Assembly (NCBI GenBank): GCA_030704615.1
Contig: CM060734.1
Coordinates: forward strand, 56,668,001 to 56,732,000
Length of the DNA: 64,000 nucleotides
Origin: Takakia lepidozioides
Lineage: Eukaryota; Plantae; Bryophyta
Reading direction: 5' to 3'
Shown here piece after piece: positions 24,229 through 37,500 of this stretch. Both the position numbers and the translations under genes were made by a program. The first letter of the stretch is position 1. Each line of letters opens with the position of its first letter. The notes beneath the pieces are model-generated. The model was not told the DNA's origin. It ran no database searches and saw only the letters and a program-made list of their open reading frames with translations.

Positions 24229-27200
24229 CTAGTACTTGATAGACTTGACGGGCTTTGATCCACCATTCGCCAAAGCAAGTTTGGCGTCTCCTGACTTCAT
24301 CTCAGTCCAGGCCTCAATCCAGGTTACCATAGCCTCCGAGAGCTTTGTGAAGTAAGGGTCCACGCTGTTCAGCTTATCCTTTACCTGCTCCATTTGTACA
24401 CCATAGAAGCAGCTAACATCAAGGAAAACCCATGGCTGACTACATTAATTCACAGCTATCATCTACCTAGACTTGCAGGTATAACTGAAGAGTCTACATC
24501 ACAAAATCAACGTGGTGTGGGGATCTGTCGTGAGCTCTCTCTGTTTGCATCGTGCCTGACCTCTTAAGACACATGGCTGGGGAGGGTAAATGGGAATGTC
24601 AATGATCTGTGTCTTGTGCAGTGGAATCACTTTAGCCACTGATCTGCAGTCAAAGGGGAATGATTATGCCTCATTCTAACTCTATCCTCAAACCCCAACA
24701 TGCTTGGACATGCCCAGAGGGGTAAAGAACCTAATGGCCACCATGTGCCAGACACCACAGGAATCGACTTCAGACGATGAACTCTATATCCTGACGATAG
24801 GAGGAATAGGCCAAAAAGAAATTTTACAGAAGCATATTGGCGACAGACAGTGACTAGGTATGATGGACTGAACAGCTCTATGTTGCTTTACATTGGCCTT
24901 CTCTTTATCCTCGTCATGAAGACATTATGTTCATACAAAGGCTCTCCAGATCTGTCACCGAATTTCCAGTGTAAGACAAGCTTCAGAAAACTGTATTGCC
25001 AAGGGTTCAAGGGACATTAACATCACAGTTGTGAGACTGACCTGCTTGGACAATTCAATGTAGCATTGCTCCACGGTCACACAGTCCTTGGAGAGCTGCA
25101 CTGACTGGAAAAAGGGGATGATTTCTTCCTGCCAGAAGATGCCCTTGTACTCCTTCTTGAGGTTTACAAATGGATTGCTAGCCTTGCTGTGATGTATGTA
25201 GGGCAGCCCTGTCTTCACTCCATAGCCAAGGTGGTCGCAGATGACCTACAACAGAAAGCAAGACCTTTTCAACCTGAGTATGTCTATTGCAAGCTTCTAA
25301 CCCACCTACATCTACAGATAGACAACCATGCACTTTTCAGAGTTGTCCGGTTAGAAGCTGAGTTGGAGCCGCCACCATTGCAGAGGAAAGTCTGAAGTCT
25401 GTACATCCTCCAAATATACCATACCACTTCTTCCTGATTAATTTGTTTTGAAAGTAAGAATTTTCCATGTCATCAGCACTAGCTACTCAACATGAAAAAC
25501 TTTTCAAGGAAGAGACTCCAGGCAGTGGTCCAAGTCTCTTGTGTGGCAAACTATCCACATATGCAACGTTTTAGGATAGGTACTGATATAAACAGTTATT
25601 TCACGTCTCTGGAGAACCCGCTGTTCAGTGTCAAATCAGTGTGTGGTGACACACTGGGGAGAAGTTATTTGATGAGGGAAACCCAAGCAAGCTGCAGACC
25701 TTGGTTCATTCAAGTGATAACTGGCTATTGCTCAACACGTGGACAATCTGTAACCAACTCCAATCAGGACTACTGAAAATGTTTTTAGTGCGTATGAGGT
25801 AAAAAAGAACAGACAAGATTGGCCTCACCTTGCAACACCAGCCTGCCCACATATCGTCATATCGCCCAATAGGCTGGCCATCTCCCATGAGACCGAAGTA
25901 CATTGCTGGACCAATTAACTCTCTATCAAAACCCAAATTCATTCCACACATTGGGAACAATGTGCCCTTTGGGATTGTCAACACCGCATCCACATATCTG
26001 CACAATAATTCAGACAACATGAGTCCACACTCCTCAGACAACTTACAAGTTCCACAAACAAAGATCTCCACAGGGATGGTTTAGGAGTCCAATCAACCCA
26101 TCACTGAGAAAAGTGCCGCACAATGAGCACAAAACGAGCATTGCAGTGTGAGACGTTGTAACAGGTGCATTGCCTGAGTATTCGGGCTTTGACTTGCAAA
26201 ACCTTGGTCTCTGTAATACTTGGAAAATCATGTCCATTATTACAGGGTGGATTTTACTGGATTAACAGAGGCTACTCTACCCGCCAGACATTTCGCAGGC
26301 AGTGCTGTGCCCCTCTGTGCAGCAATCTGAGAACTGCAGCTGTCACCAGCAGAACAGCTCAGCTCAATGAAGGAGGGTAATAACATGGGTTATGTAACTG
26401 GGGTGGCAGTGCAATGGCTGTTTCATTGCTCACACAGGCCCTGAGGAAGATCCAGCGCCCAAACATTCTCTCATTTCTAGGTGGACTTCAATAACATCGG
26501 TAGGCTGTAGATCTGTTCAATCTCCATTGCAGACTGACATAGGAAAGGTAGACTCTTGTACTGGGAAATCACTTACCCACCAGTGGAAACCAAGGCAAAA
26601 TCAATGGAACCAAAGAGATTTCGTTGGATGGTAAGAGGCAGCTGGTGCTGGCAAGAGTGCAGTAAGGTAGATATAAATTTCAGAGTGGATGACTCTTGTG
26701 CTCCCAATCTGTGACTTGGGGGTGTGTGCGGACATGCAGTCAAACAGGCACCCGCAAGGACATCTTGAACACACGCATTCTTGTGGCAAATGGCTCAAAA
26801 TATTAGGAGTGAATACAGACTGAAAGCACTAACCTCTTGTTCTTTTCTGTTGGTTTGACCAACTGTGTAGGAGCATCGTAATCAGGGATGTTGAGCCACA
26901 GTCCGTGTGAGATGGCAGTCGGAACTCCTTCTCTCAGACTAAAAGGGTACCCACGGACAAAGTCAGCACCCTTGCGATATGGGTCGTACAGTGTGTTGAA
27001 GAAATAAGGCGTCGAATTTGAGGTCAGATTGGTGATATGCTGCTCCAAAGCGTTGATCTCCTTCCCTGACGGGTCCTTCGCAACCTGTCATCAAAACTCA
27101 CGACCAACGCTAAGTTTCAAAGTGTCAACTGGGTTTGACAGAAACCGTTGCCAGTGCCGTGAGTGCACAGATAAAATTGCAGCAATGCCAGTGCTCTGGA

Positions 27201-27597
27201 GCACAGACTCTGGCAAACAAACTGAAACAGACATTCTACAACACTCAAGGTCCAGGCTTGCGCGAGATGTGACAGACTTCCTCACCCAGCAGTCATCATC
27301 GATGGTAAAAATGTATTTCTTCTTGGACATGAGGAAACCAAAGCACCGGCAAGCGCTGTCTTTGAAGGAGATGCAGGAAGCCCTGGGACCCAGGATCCGG
27401 TTGATGTCATTGCGGTTGTACAGCTCGTAATCATAGCCCTCAGGCACCCTGATCACCTTGGACGGGTCCCCATCCTGCACAATGATGAGATGGTAGGGGC
27501 TCAAATACGGTCTCCACTGCTCAAGAAAATCCAGGTTCCGAATGGTGGGTATCACAATGTCGAGCTCGTCCGTGAGCAAGGGGACGGGAGTCGCCAT
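24229..27597 (-). CDS. RGP: UDP-arabinopyranose mutase / reversibly glycosylated polypeptide; exons 27597-27286, 27084-26834, 25997-25829, 25245-25042, 24384-24229, 363 aa
   Basis: [46 protein letters not shown]. All introns are GT-AG with consistent phases. Confidence 0.96.
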
Positions 27598-27961
27598 CCC
27601 TCTCTATAAACCCACCAACAATCTCTCACTCCCAACTCCCAACAAGAATAAAAAGCTTGCAGCTTGCAGAGCCCCGTGTGTTGTGGATCCCAGATCCAGA
27701 AATGCCGCTCTCTCTCCCGCTGCTGCTCGCTCACAAAAATCTGCGCTGACAGACGCGCACAATGATCTGGCTGCAGCTCTTGTTGCGATTAACACACGGC
27801 CGCTCCCCGAGTAGGCCCGTCCGCAGGCCGGGCGCATTTGCCTGCGGCCCGACATGGCCGCCGGCTTGCACGTCTCCACCGAGCACGCAGCACGACCGTT
27901 CTTCGTGCGCCACCGTGCCCATTCCGCCCAGAACCTCCCTCCCTCCTCCCCACCCCTTGAC

Positions 27962-28560
27962 AGTTCCAAATCTTTTCTTAACTTCTGCGAAAGACTTTTA
28001 AGTTTGATGGTTCCAAATCTTCCTCTCCTTACTTCAATTTACTTAACTTTTGCCAAAGACTTTTTTTAAAAAAATTATAAAGAAACAGGGACGGTGGCCT
28101 CAGAAATTTTTTGTAAATAAGGACATAAAAGTCTGAAAAAAATACATGCATGTAAGACTGTTAAGTTTGATGGTTCCAAATCTTCCTCTCCTTACTTCAA
28201 TTTACTTAACTTTTGCCAAAGACTTCAAAAAAAAGAGAAAAAGAAAGAAAGAGGGACTGTGGCCTCAGAAATTTTATAAATGAGGACATAAAAGTCCGAG
28301 AAAAATACCTGCATGTAAGACTTTTGATCCAAATCTTCCTCTCCCTTTTATTTTTTAAGAAAAAAGGGAAACACCTGGGAGCGATAGCTCACAAATCAGG
28401 CCCCTTGATAGAGAGAGGAGAAAATAACATCTCAGTAACCTCGCCGTAAGGCTTTCAGATGCCACACCGCGCATGGAAGGGGGAGAAGACTTTTGAGTTT
28501 GATGGTTCCAAATCTTCCTCTCCTTACTTCAATTCTCTTAACTTTTGCAAAAAGACTTTT
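27962..28560. repeat. imperfect tandem repeat (about 162-bp unit) upstream of RGP
   Basis: gatggttccaaatcttcctctccttacttcaatt at about 28006, 28169 and 28501, with partial copies at 27964 and 28328. Confidence 0.85.
28346..28488 (-). mobile_element. 5'-truncated SINE of the same family
   Basis: aaagggaaacacctgggagcgatagctcacaaatcaggcccctt matches the 3' ends of the other copies. Confidence 0.7.
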
Positions 28561-31500
28561 ATGGGAGTCATGGGAGGGTTGTCACTGATTCTACATGTTG
28601 TGTTCGGGTTGGAAGCAGCCGGTCACACCGACCTTGTAAATTTTGCCGGAAACGTTGGGTTTATATATATGTATTGGAAAAAGGGACAGAGCCCCCAGAA
28701 GATTAAAGAGGTGGAAAATTAGACCACCGTGGAGACGGTGAAGGCAGGCTTACAACTTGAAGACTGTGCAGTAACCAAAGAATCAACATAAAGAGTAAAG
28801 AGAGAGAGCAAGGCGGGATGCAGCGTAAGGTAGAAAAGGAAGAACTGAAAACGATCCACCGGGAATCCAATGTCCAAAGGAACGGCTTTAGTAAAATAAA
28901 ACGCAAACACTAGATACATGGCCTCTCTCCACTTTTTGATTAAAAAATAACTAATTTTGGGAAACACCAGTACGAGCCTAAAACATGTAACGTCAAAAAC
29001 ATGGACATGCCCCATGTCCGCGGCATCACAATTTCTCCCATTTTTCAAGTTTCCGGAGAGTACTTAGAAAGCAATGTAAGTTAGAGTGTGGAATGTTGGT
29101 GCAAAGGTGTGTAGGTAGTAGTAGGTAGGTGGCATGATGAGCGTCATGTGCTCTGCCATGCCCAGCAGTACCTACATGCATAGCTAATGCTTGCACCCAA
29201 TAATGCTGAGAGGGTTGGCTGGAGGGCGTGGAAAAAGCAGACTCACATTTCGTGCGGCCTTCAAATCTCCCTGTACCACACTCACACCTGTAGGCTTCCA
29301 ATGGAGCACAGTTATTGAGTTTGAAAACCGATAGCCTGGCATCTGACACTCACTCAAGTCCTCCAATTTTTTTTCGCCAACATGTGCAGGGCACGGATTG
29401 CGAATAACAAAACCCTTAAACTAACGGCCACTTCACCACTCGAGAAAGCACTGGTTTGAAGTGGCCAATTGCTGATTCACCGAATTCTTTAATTTCGGCC
29501 TCAGATCCTTTACACCAAGCTTCTCAATGGAGGGAAAACCAAGCCGGCTTGTCACCCTAATCCACTCGTCACCTTCAACTCTCCCTACTTCTGCAGAATT
29601 GGGAACCCAACTTTCTGAAATCTAGAACCGCACCGGAAAGTGGGGCCTAAGATTTTGGTTGCAAACTATACTGCTTACCAGTCCCCCACTCTGAATGCGA
29701 GGGTAGCTCGAGGAGCGTACTAAGTTACTTACTTCCAGGGAGAGGGCTTGCGTCTTCCATTCTTCTGCCCTTGGAAGAATCCTTGGAGACGCGTTGAAGC
29801 TATTGAGGCTACAGGAACACCTTGTCTGTTTTAAGAAACCCGAGTTAGAATAACCTATGCTAAGAAGGAGAACGTGGTGGCGCACAATTTTTGCTGTGGC
29901 TGCAGACGTTGCCTGCGGATTTTAAGACCAAGTCTAGGACACGTCCCTTCTTCGTTCCATGTTGCTACGGGATTACGACGCTGGATACCTACATACCTAC
30001 CTGTCATCATATCATCCCCTTTCCAACGATCAACCTCGCAACAGAAATCCAGAGAACTCTCAGCATTCGCCATTCACTGAGGGCTTCACCTTTTATCGCT
30101 AACATGACTTACAAGCGACTTCTTAGTCGGCCAGAAGGCGATGGTTTCGTGAAAATTCAGCACAAGAAATGTTCTTGGTTCTCATCGCATTGGATCTCGG
30201 TGCTGTTTCCCAGGGTAATACTTACGTTCATATGGTCTTTGCAGACTCGGCAAATCCTACCATATCCTTCCTCCACGTGCTAGACTTTCTGGTCCTCTCA
30301 CGTGCTTGGCTTGTTGGCTTTGCGGAGATAACATGAATGCAAACTATCTCACCCGACAGTGTGAGCCCTACCACCACCAGCTCCTCGGTCAGTGGCACAA
30401 ATCTCGAGGACAGGTCTCCTCATCTCAGATAACCCCTGCTGCCACAATCAACTCTACATACCTGCACCCAAGTACACGGCAAATGTGGGCATCGTCAGTC
30501 ACGCTTATCTCCACTGCTTTGTTTCTTTTTCTGTAAAACCCTGAATTAGCTGAATTAGGCCAGTGAATTCACCCAGTGACACAGACTAAGTTGTTATGAT
30601 GTCACACAGACTACCCCTGTCACCTCCATCAGAAAGGTAACATGTGCTAGTACTAAACCCTGGAAGGTCTCAAGTGATATCACAGGCCCACATTTCTTTG
30701 GCTGCTTATTCGGCGTGAATAAGCAGTTTCACCATGCCATCCATTTTGACATTTCCACAGCAGTCTGGAGTGATTGTTGTTCATACTGGGACCACTCTGC
30801 TCTTGCCCATTGATCACTTTTAAGTATCATACTACCAATTTTAGCAATTTTAGTGACACTTGGTTGCCACATCCCACAACTCAAATGCTCCATCAGTAGT
30901 ACAATCATGACACCTCTGCATTTTTTCAGGCGCAGATATTTCTGTGTTGAGATCAGATTCATATGCAAACCCAGTCCAACCATATATGCCACTGTCGCCA
31001 CCATTTTTTGGGCTGACTGAAACATAGATGTGAGTTGTTCTCTTGTCAAGAGCCCTTGCAAGGAACCTGCAAGTATACTTCTAAAGTTTCCGTCCTGCAT
31101 AGCATGAGCATGAGCATGAGCAAGAAATTCTGTTCCCCCAGAGAGAGACAAGAAATAATAGTGCACAATGCACCTATAAGACATTCAAGTTCCAGGGAAT
31201 AAAAATGCCCTACTCTTCGCTGGACTCCAGAAGGACCCAGGATGGCACCCAGGCTCTCATAACATGAGACCATTTCCAGGGTACTTCTACCTCAATTGCA
31301 GACCCATTTCACGATACTCTCATTCAGTCTTCAGAGTCAGAAGTCATTGCATCTTTGGTGAGGGCAGTCACTGAAAATAGCTTCGGTGTGCAATTTTGGC
31401 TCTAGTCTCTTTTTGTGGGAACAAGAAAATGAACAAATTCTGTTCCACCATATAGTCCCACAGTCGAGTGCAACTGGCAGCTGAGTGCTTTGCCAGGCTG

Positions 31501-33963
31501 AAGAACTAAGGCCAATTAACAGTTATGTTACACCAACAACTCACAAAAACCCAAGACACATCAATTTTGTACAACAAGCGTTGATCTGGCAAGGGGCCAA
31601 ATCACCCAATTACAATCTGGGCCTCTGCATATTTTAGTGCTGTTCATGAAAACAGCTCTCAGCGAGGAAATTTTTCCTCCAGCAGGAATTTGAACTCTTT
31701 GAACTTACAATATCTTCCTAGTATGGACATCACATATCAAATGGAAGGTAGGAATGGTGACCCCAACAGTCCTCTTACTCATCAAAGTCCAAACATGGGA
31801 GATATGAATGAAGCCTCTGCTCTTGAAGTTGTAACAATTACCAAGGTAAAGATCAAATAGAATTATTCAGTATATTCAAATCTGATATGTTGTCAGCCAA
31901 TGTTGGTACAAACTACAAATCTCCTCTACTTATTACACTACTCCAATTTCTACACAACTCACCTATATCAGTTAGTCAATGGCAGAGAAGTTCCTTACCA
32001 GGAAGGTTGCCAGTCACTTGGTATAGCCAAAACAACAAGCACAGGATTAGTCTGGCATTATAATCTCAACCACATTCCAAGCACAACAACTGAACCTCTC
32101 CTCAAGGAAGTTGTAATCGCACACACAAAATACAGTCCTGACCAAATTCTGCACCACTGTGCCTAAACACCCTTTCATCACCAAAATTCATGACAGCCGT
32201 TTAAGCATATGCTGTGCATCATATTTTAGTGTAAACATGAAGACCTATATGTGAGGGATCAGTACATCTACCTACCAAAAACTATGAACCAGAAACTCTA
32301 TGACGCTTGGCAGGGGATACTCTCCTTCTGCAACTAATAAACCATCGTGCAGATTTCTGTACAGACCACCACTGCTTACATGGAACCTCATCTAAAGGGA
32401 CTAGATACCTCATTACATGCAATTAGCAAAAGAGAAACAAAACAATCTCTTCATGACAATATCATCTACACTTGCATCCTCATTCAACCCTAGGATGCAT
32501 AAATGTCAAAAGGTAAGATGGTGTAGTCATCCAGCAAGGAGATGGACTTCCCATCTTGAAAGAATAATCTACATGAGAAACTGCATTTACGCTCCGACAG
32601 CTATTCTAGCCTCTTCCAGACTCCTCCCAACTACCCAAAGGCATTACCTCGTTCCAGCCTGCAGTTGAAGGGTGGCAAAGATCTTTCGTGCTGCAAGCTC
32701 AAAAGAAAAATACTCACATGAGGACACCCTCACCACTTCCAACTCCTAAGTACTTCAGCCAAAATGCCTCCGAGGCAGCTCGAGGATACACCCTTGCGAG
32801 TGAACCATTAAAAAAAAAATCGCAGGAATAAATTAGAAGTATAGACTTGGCATTCAGGAACTGTGGTAGAAGCTCTGACAACTATCAAACAGCCTCAAAA
32901 AATAGTTCCAAATCACCTTCTGCAATCAGCACTTCACAACGCATTTTTACCACTTCCACTCACACCTACCAACCACAAAGCAGATGCCTCTGGAAGGAGG
33001 TAAGTTTGTACACACAGGATCCAACTATTTCTGGCTCCCGAGTGAGCGACCAACAGCAACTTTGGGAAAAACCCCATGCCGTTAGCTGATTATTCCCACA
33101 GATGTCCTTACCATGTACTACCTCACACACTAATCTCAAATACAGGCAAACAAACACGGTTTACCAGAATACCACCTACTTGCAGAACGAAACACCCACA
33201 CCTCACACAATCGCTAGAAGAACAAACTGTGCATCGAGCCGGTTAGACAGATCTATTCTCTCTCCATGCTTGGTTCATACATACCCTTTTAGACATTATA
33301 AAAGGTACGCACATCCGTCAGCCATTTCAACCAGCTGATCAACTCAAAACGGCAACATCATCACTCGGACGAAATCCTCACCATCGCACCAGAACGTAGA
33401 GATAGGTCCTCTGTACAGGCATCTCTACCGCGGCTCCTAAACATGCTTCATCAGTGCAAGCGAGGACAAAACATGTAAGCTCACAAGTACAAATGTATCC
33501 ATGAGGGATTCACACATCAGGACATGCAAACAGACGTGGAAAACAGACAGAATGGGAGAGAGGAGGGGCACACAACAAAGCAGGAGAAAGGTGACATCTC
33601 CTGACAGGAGAAATCTTACCCGTCTTACCTCGAAGATGGTGGAAGGGAAAAAAAAAGTATCATACACAGAAGATGCGTACACACAGGCAGAGCTGAAAAG
33701 CGTGCCATTTGGTCTTTGATGCTGTACAAAGGCCCCCCCAAGAAATTTTTTGTTGATTATGGGTACTTAGACATAACAACTTCCAACTCATGTGAGTGTC
33801 ATGGTGCAAGATCAGAACATGAAAAAGAAAGCTACCATGGGAATAAATTCCATTCATGCTTAAACTGCGCATGGAGTGAGTATTCCTTCAAACCAAGAGC
33901 GCCGTCCACGACGCACCTGTTGCAAGCTATCCTAAATTGCAAGGAGCGCACTGATGTATATCA

Positions 33964-34527
33964 TCAAATCTTATCAATCTTATCGGCTTTAACTACGGGA
34001 TTCGCCTTGGCTATGGCGTCTCGGCCAGCAGTTTTATAATCAAACGAACAATTGTGCTTGTCTGAGTACCGATGCAAAGCGCAGTAAGAGTTGCCACAAC
34101 GGCACTTGAAGCCTGTCAAACCAATACGTTTCTTGCAAGAAAAACAGCGATTAGGAGTTTGCTGCCGCGGTTGTTCCAGTTCGGAAGCAGAAGGAGGCGC
34201 ATCCGAAGAACTGCTTCCTCCGTCCGTCTGTTCACCCGGCGATTGTGCAACCGCAACCAACCCCTCTGGCTGCATCTGTCTTTCGGCCAGATCTGCTCTT
34301 TCCAGCGGGAAATCATTTTGAGAGGAAGCACCAACGGCCTTTTCGGCTGCAGCCTTAGCTGACGAAGCCTTTGCTTGCTTTAAGACGAAGTCTCTGTAAC
34401 ATTTCGAACACAGGCCTGTGGTGGCTGCACTTCCAAAGAATCCGCAGTTATTCGTGCACAAAACCGGCCCTTCAGGAGGCTGGCAACCTGTCTCCTCCTT
34501 ATCGCGCTTCCAACTCTCCTGCGCCAT
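33964..34527 (-). CDS. A20/AN1 zinc-finger stress-associated protein (SAP), 187 aa, intronless CDS
   Basis: A20 LCTNNCGFFGSAATTGLCSKCY; AN1 RCFSCKKRIGLTGFKCRCGNSYCALHRYSDKHNC; terminal IAKANPVVKADK. Confidence 0.96.
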   Translation of the reverse strand: MAQESWKRDKEETGCQPPEGPVLCTNNCGFFGSAATTGLCSKCYRDFVLKQAKASSAKAAAEKAVGASSQNDFPLERADLAERQMQPEGLVAVAQSPGEQTDGGSSSSDAPPSASELEQPRQQTPNRCFSCKKRIGLTGFKCRCGNSYCALHRYSDKHNCSFDYKTAGRDAIAKANPVVKADKIDKI

Positions 34528-37500
34528 CCTTCCCAAGATAATAAGCCTTGCTAACAACCCGGTCGGATATGACCAAACCACCTGGCCAGAAGCCCAGTCT
34601 TTACTCCGCTCCTTCCCCTTCTGGTACCTCCAACTTACGCTTGTTGAACCGCGCACCCGGGCTTCCCTCACTCCCGAGTCATCTAGATACCTGCACAGAC
34701 GTCTTCATGCAGCATCATGTAAAGACCACCACCAATACTCCGCAGAAAGCCCGGACTCCCCTTGACAAAATGACCTTAACTTCCTTGCCAGGCCAAACGC
34801 TTACACATCAGGAACAGATCATACACCAAACCTTCAAAACCGTGAAGATCCTCCGCCAATATTCACACCACTCTCCCTCCCCCAGAGCTTTCTCAAACCA
34901 AAACCAAATTCCTTCTCAACACCTCCCGAACCCCCTCTGCGTGCAGACCTCTCTAAAGAAAGCAGATCTACTCAAAAAAGAGGTCACCAGATGTGCAACA
35001 AGAACGGCACACTACAAGAGACATCCGGCTATGTAAGTATCCCAGCGCAGAATCGAGATGCGAGAGAAGAGCAGAGCGCATTGATCTATAATGCTGTGGC
35101 AGGCCGCCCTAGCCTGGCCTCCCTCCTGCCTGCACCTTCGGGCAGCCTCGGGCAGGCCGCGCGCTCCCTACCCCGCCCCATGCCATCCATGCCTATGCCA
35201 TCCCACCGCTCCCCCACCCGCCGTTTCTCCCGGCCCCTCCCAAACGCTCCCCGGCCCTGCCCCTCGCGCCCCATCGCCCCTCCAATCCCGCGCGCCCCCT
35301 GCCTCCCCCGCTTTCCATTGGACCCGGCCCGACCGGCATCCCTCCCTGCGCCCTTTCCGGTCGCATGTGCACCGCCTCCCCCCCCGGGTCGCCGCCCCCG
35401 GTCCCTCCCAACTACCCCTCCTTTTAGGTTGACCCTGTCAAACCACCGGGGCACCCATCACTTTTTTCTTTCATTTTATTTCCATTTATTCTCCATTGGA
35501 GGCTCGTCTTTGTGACATAGCTGTGCAGGAAAACAAAAATAATAAAATCGTAAAAAAAAGGAAGATAAGAATTAAAGAAAGACTGGTGCAGAGCCTTCCA
35601 ACGGTCGCCACCCGCATCCATGTGGCGTGAGCGGGGCGAGCACGGCAATGACCACCCTCTACCTCGCGCAATCGGGTGCCACGGGAGCTTCGGTGCGGGC
35701 AAAACGAGAGCAAACATCCGCCGCACCGTATTCCAAAAGGGTGGCGCACGGCTCCGTCTCTCACGCCCATGGTGACCTCGCCCCACCTGCCCGCCTGCCC
35801 GCCTGTACTTGCCCCAACTTGTCCCCCTTTTGGGGATACCATCATCCTCTGTCACTCGGGCCGGGGCCGCAAAAAAAAAAAGCGGACGCCCAGAACGTGC
35901 GCATTCTGAGTATTTGCGTATTCCGAGTAAGTATTCGCTGGAGATGGCCGGTCGCTTCTCACATGACGTAACGTGGTTGGCAACAACAGAGACCGATGGG
36001 CAGACGGATAATCTCGCCGCCGGTAAGGCTCCGCACATGGCCTAATGCGGGCCAAAACAACGTTTTCACCCGGTCTGCCCGCTGACAGGGGTGACTGGCC
36101 GGGTCACCCGCTGAAAACGCGGGGCTAGTGGCCAAGGGGGGGCCGCCACTTTATCAGGTGGGACCGACTCTAGTTAGCTAGCTCGGCATGGTGACCACAT
36201 ACTCCGATCAATTGACTTGGTCGACTCTCCCCACTCCACTTCCAACTTGCTGCGTCTTATTTCCGTTCTAAGGAAATAAGTAAATTAGAGAAAAAGAAAA
36301 AGAATGTTCTAGGCCCTTTGGGTATAGGTCTATGAGCTGGCTCACGAGTGCTGGAAAAGGCAGCCACAGCCGTCCAGCATGGCCATCATGGGGCCCCCGT
36401 GTGACCTGGCATACATGCATCGCCCGATGCTTCTTTAGGGCACGTGTGACCGCGGAAGCCAGTGACGGCACCGCACGGGCGACCCAGCGCACCGTCGCAG
36501 CGTGGTTATGAATCTGAACTTTTCGTCCACGCGAATGGGCGCCCGCCACGTCAGGCCTATAGACATTGTTGCCGAACCGCGCAGCGCGCGGTTGCGGCAG
36601 CGGGTAGCGGCGGCCCGGCGGTGGCTAGAAAACAAAGGCCGGGCTTGGAATCGGGTTTTTGGAATTTACTGCTGTTGTTCTCGCTGGAACTTCTCCTTCT
36701 TTTCGCACATTTCCCACTGGAACACGCCCACTTGACTCATCGGGAACTCCAAATTTTGGTTTCTTCTCTCTATTTCTCTTTTATTTCTGTGACGCGGCCC
36801 GCAAACTGGGCTTCAGTTTCGCCAAGTTTCGCCGGGCATTTCTCCGACAAATTTGCCCTAAATGGCCAGTAATGAGGACCGTTATCCCGGGTGGCACAAG
36901 TCCCGCCACAAAAATCCCGCGCGCTATATTAGACACTCTCGCCACGGCCATCCCAGGCAGTCAACACGGTGGCGAAACTGCACGGCCGCGACGCCCTCGG
37001 GGCGCGGGCCGGGCCCAGCTGCCCGCATCTTCCCGCCAGACCCATCCCCGGTTCAACTCCGCATACTTCCAGTGCTCTCCTTCCCCAGCGCAAGATGCGT
37101 GTAAGTAGATGTCTTGACGATGGAGACGCTAACTATTATTATCGGGAGGCAAAGATGTAAGGAGGACAATGGTGGTTGGGCAGGAGTGACATCAGTTACA
37201 CAGGCTCCTGGTACATGACAGAAGTCATCCAGTAGGAGGATCACATCCCCGACTTTCATCTCTGGAGCAACCAAACTCCATTATTTTCAGCGTGTACCCG
37301 ACCACATACTAGGTTAGGGCTAGGCTGGCGAGCGGTAGGTGGCGAAACATGTCAGGAAAAGTGGTGGCGAAACAGGCGCCCATCTTATAGTGGCTGGGCC
37401 GGTCTGCAGCGGCAATAGTTATGGGATATATACGCGCGACTGGAATCCAGAGTGGGCCCATTTACGGGCACTCTCATTGGCCCCTTCAACCCCCTTTCGG

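Noticed and set aside
34991-37160. Many overlapping Pro/Arg/Gly-rich ORFs
   Set aside because: GC-rich promoter/5' region of the SAP gene and adjacent intergenic DNA; no recognisable domains.
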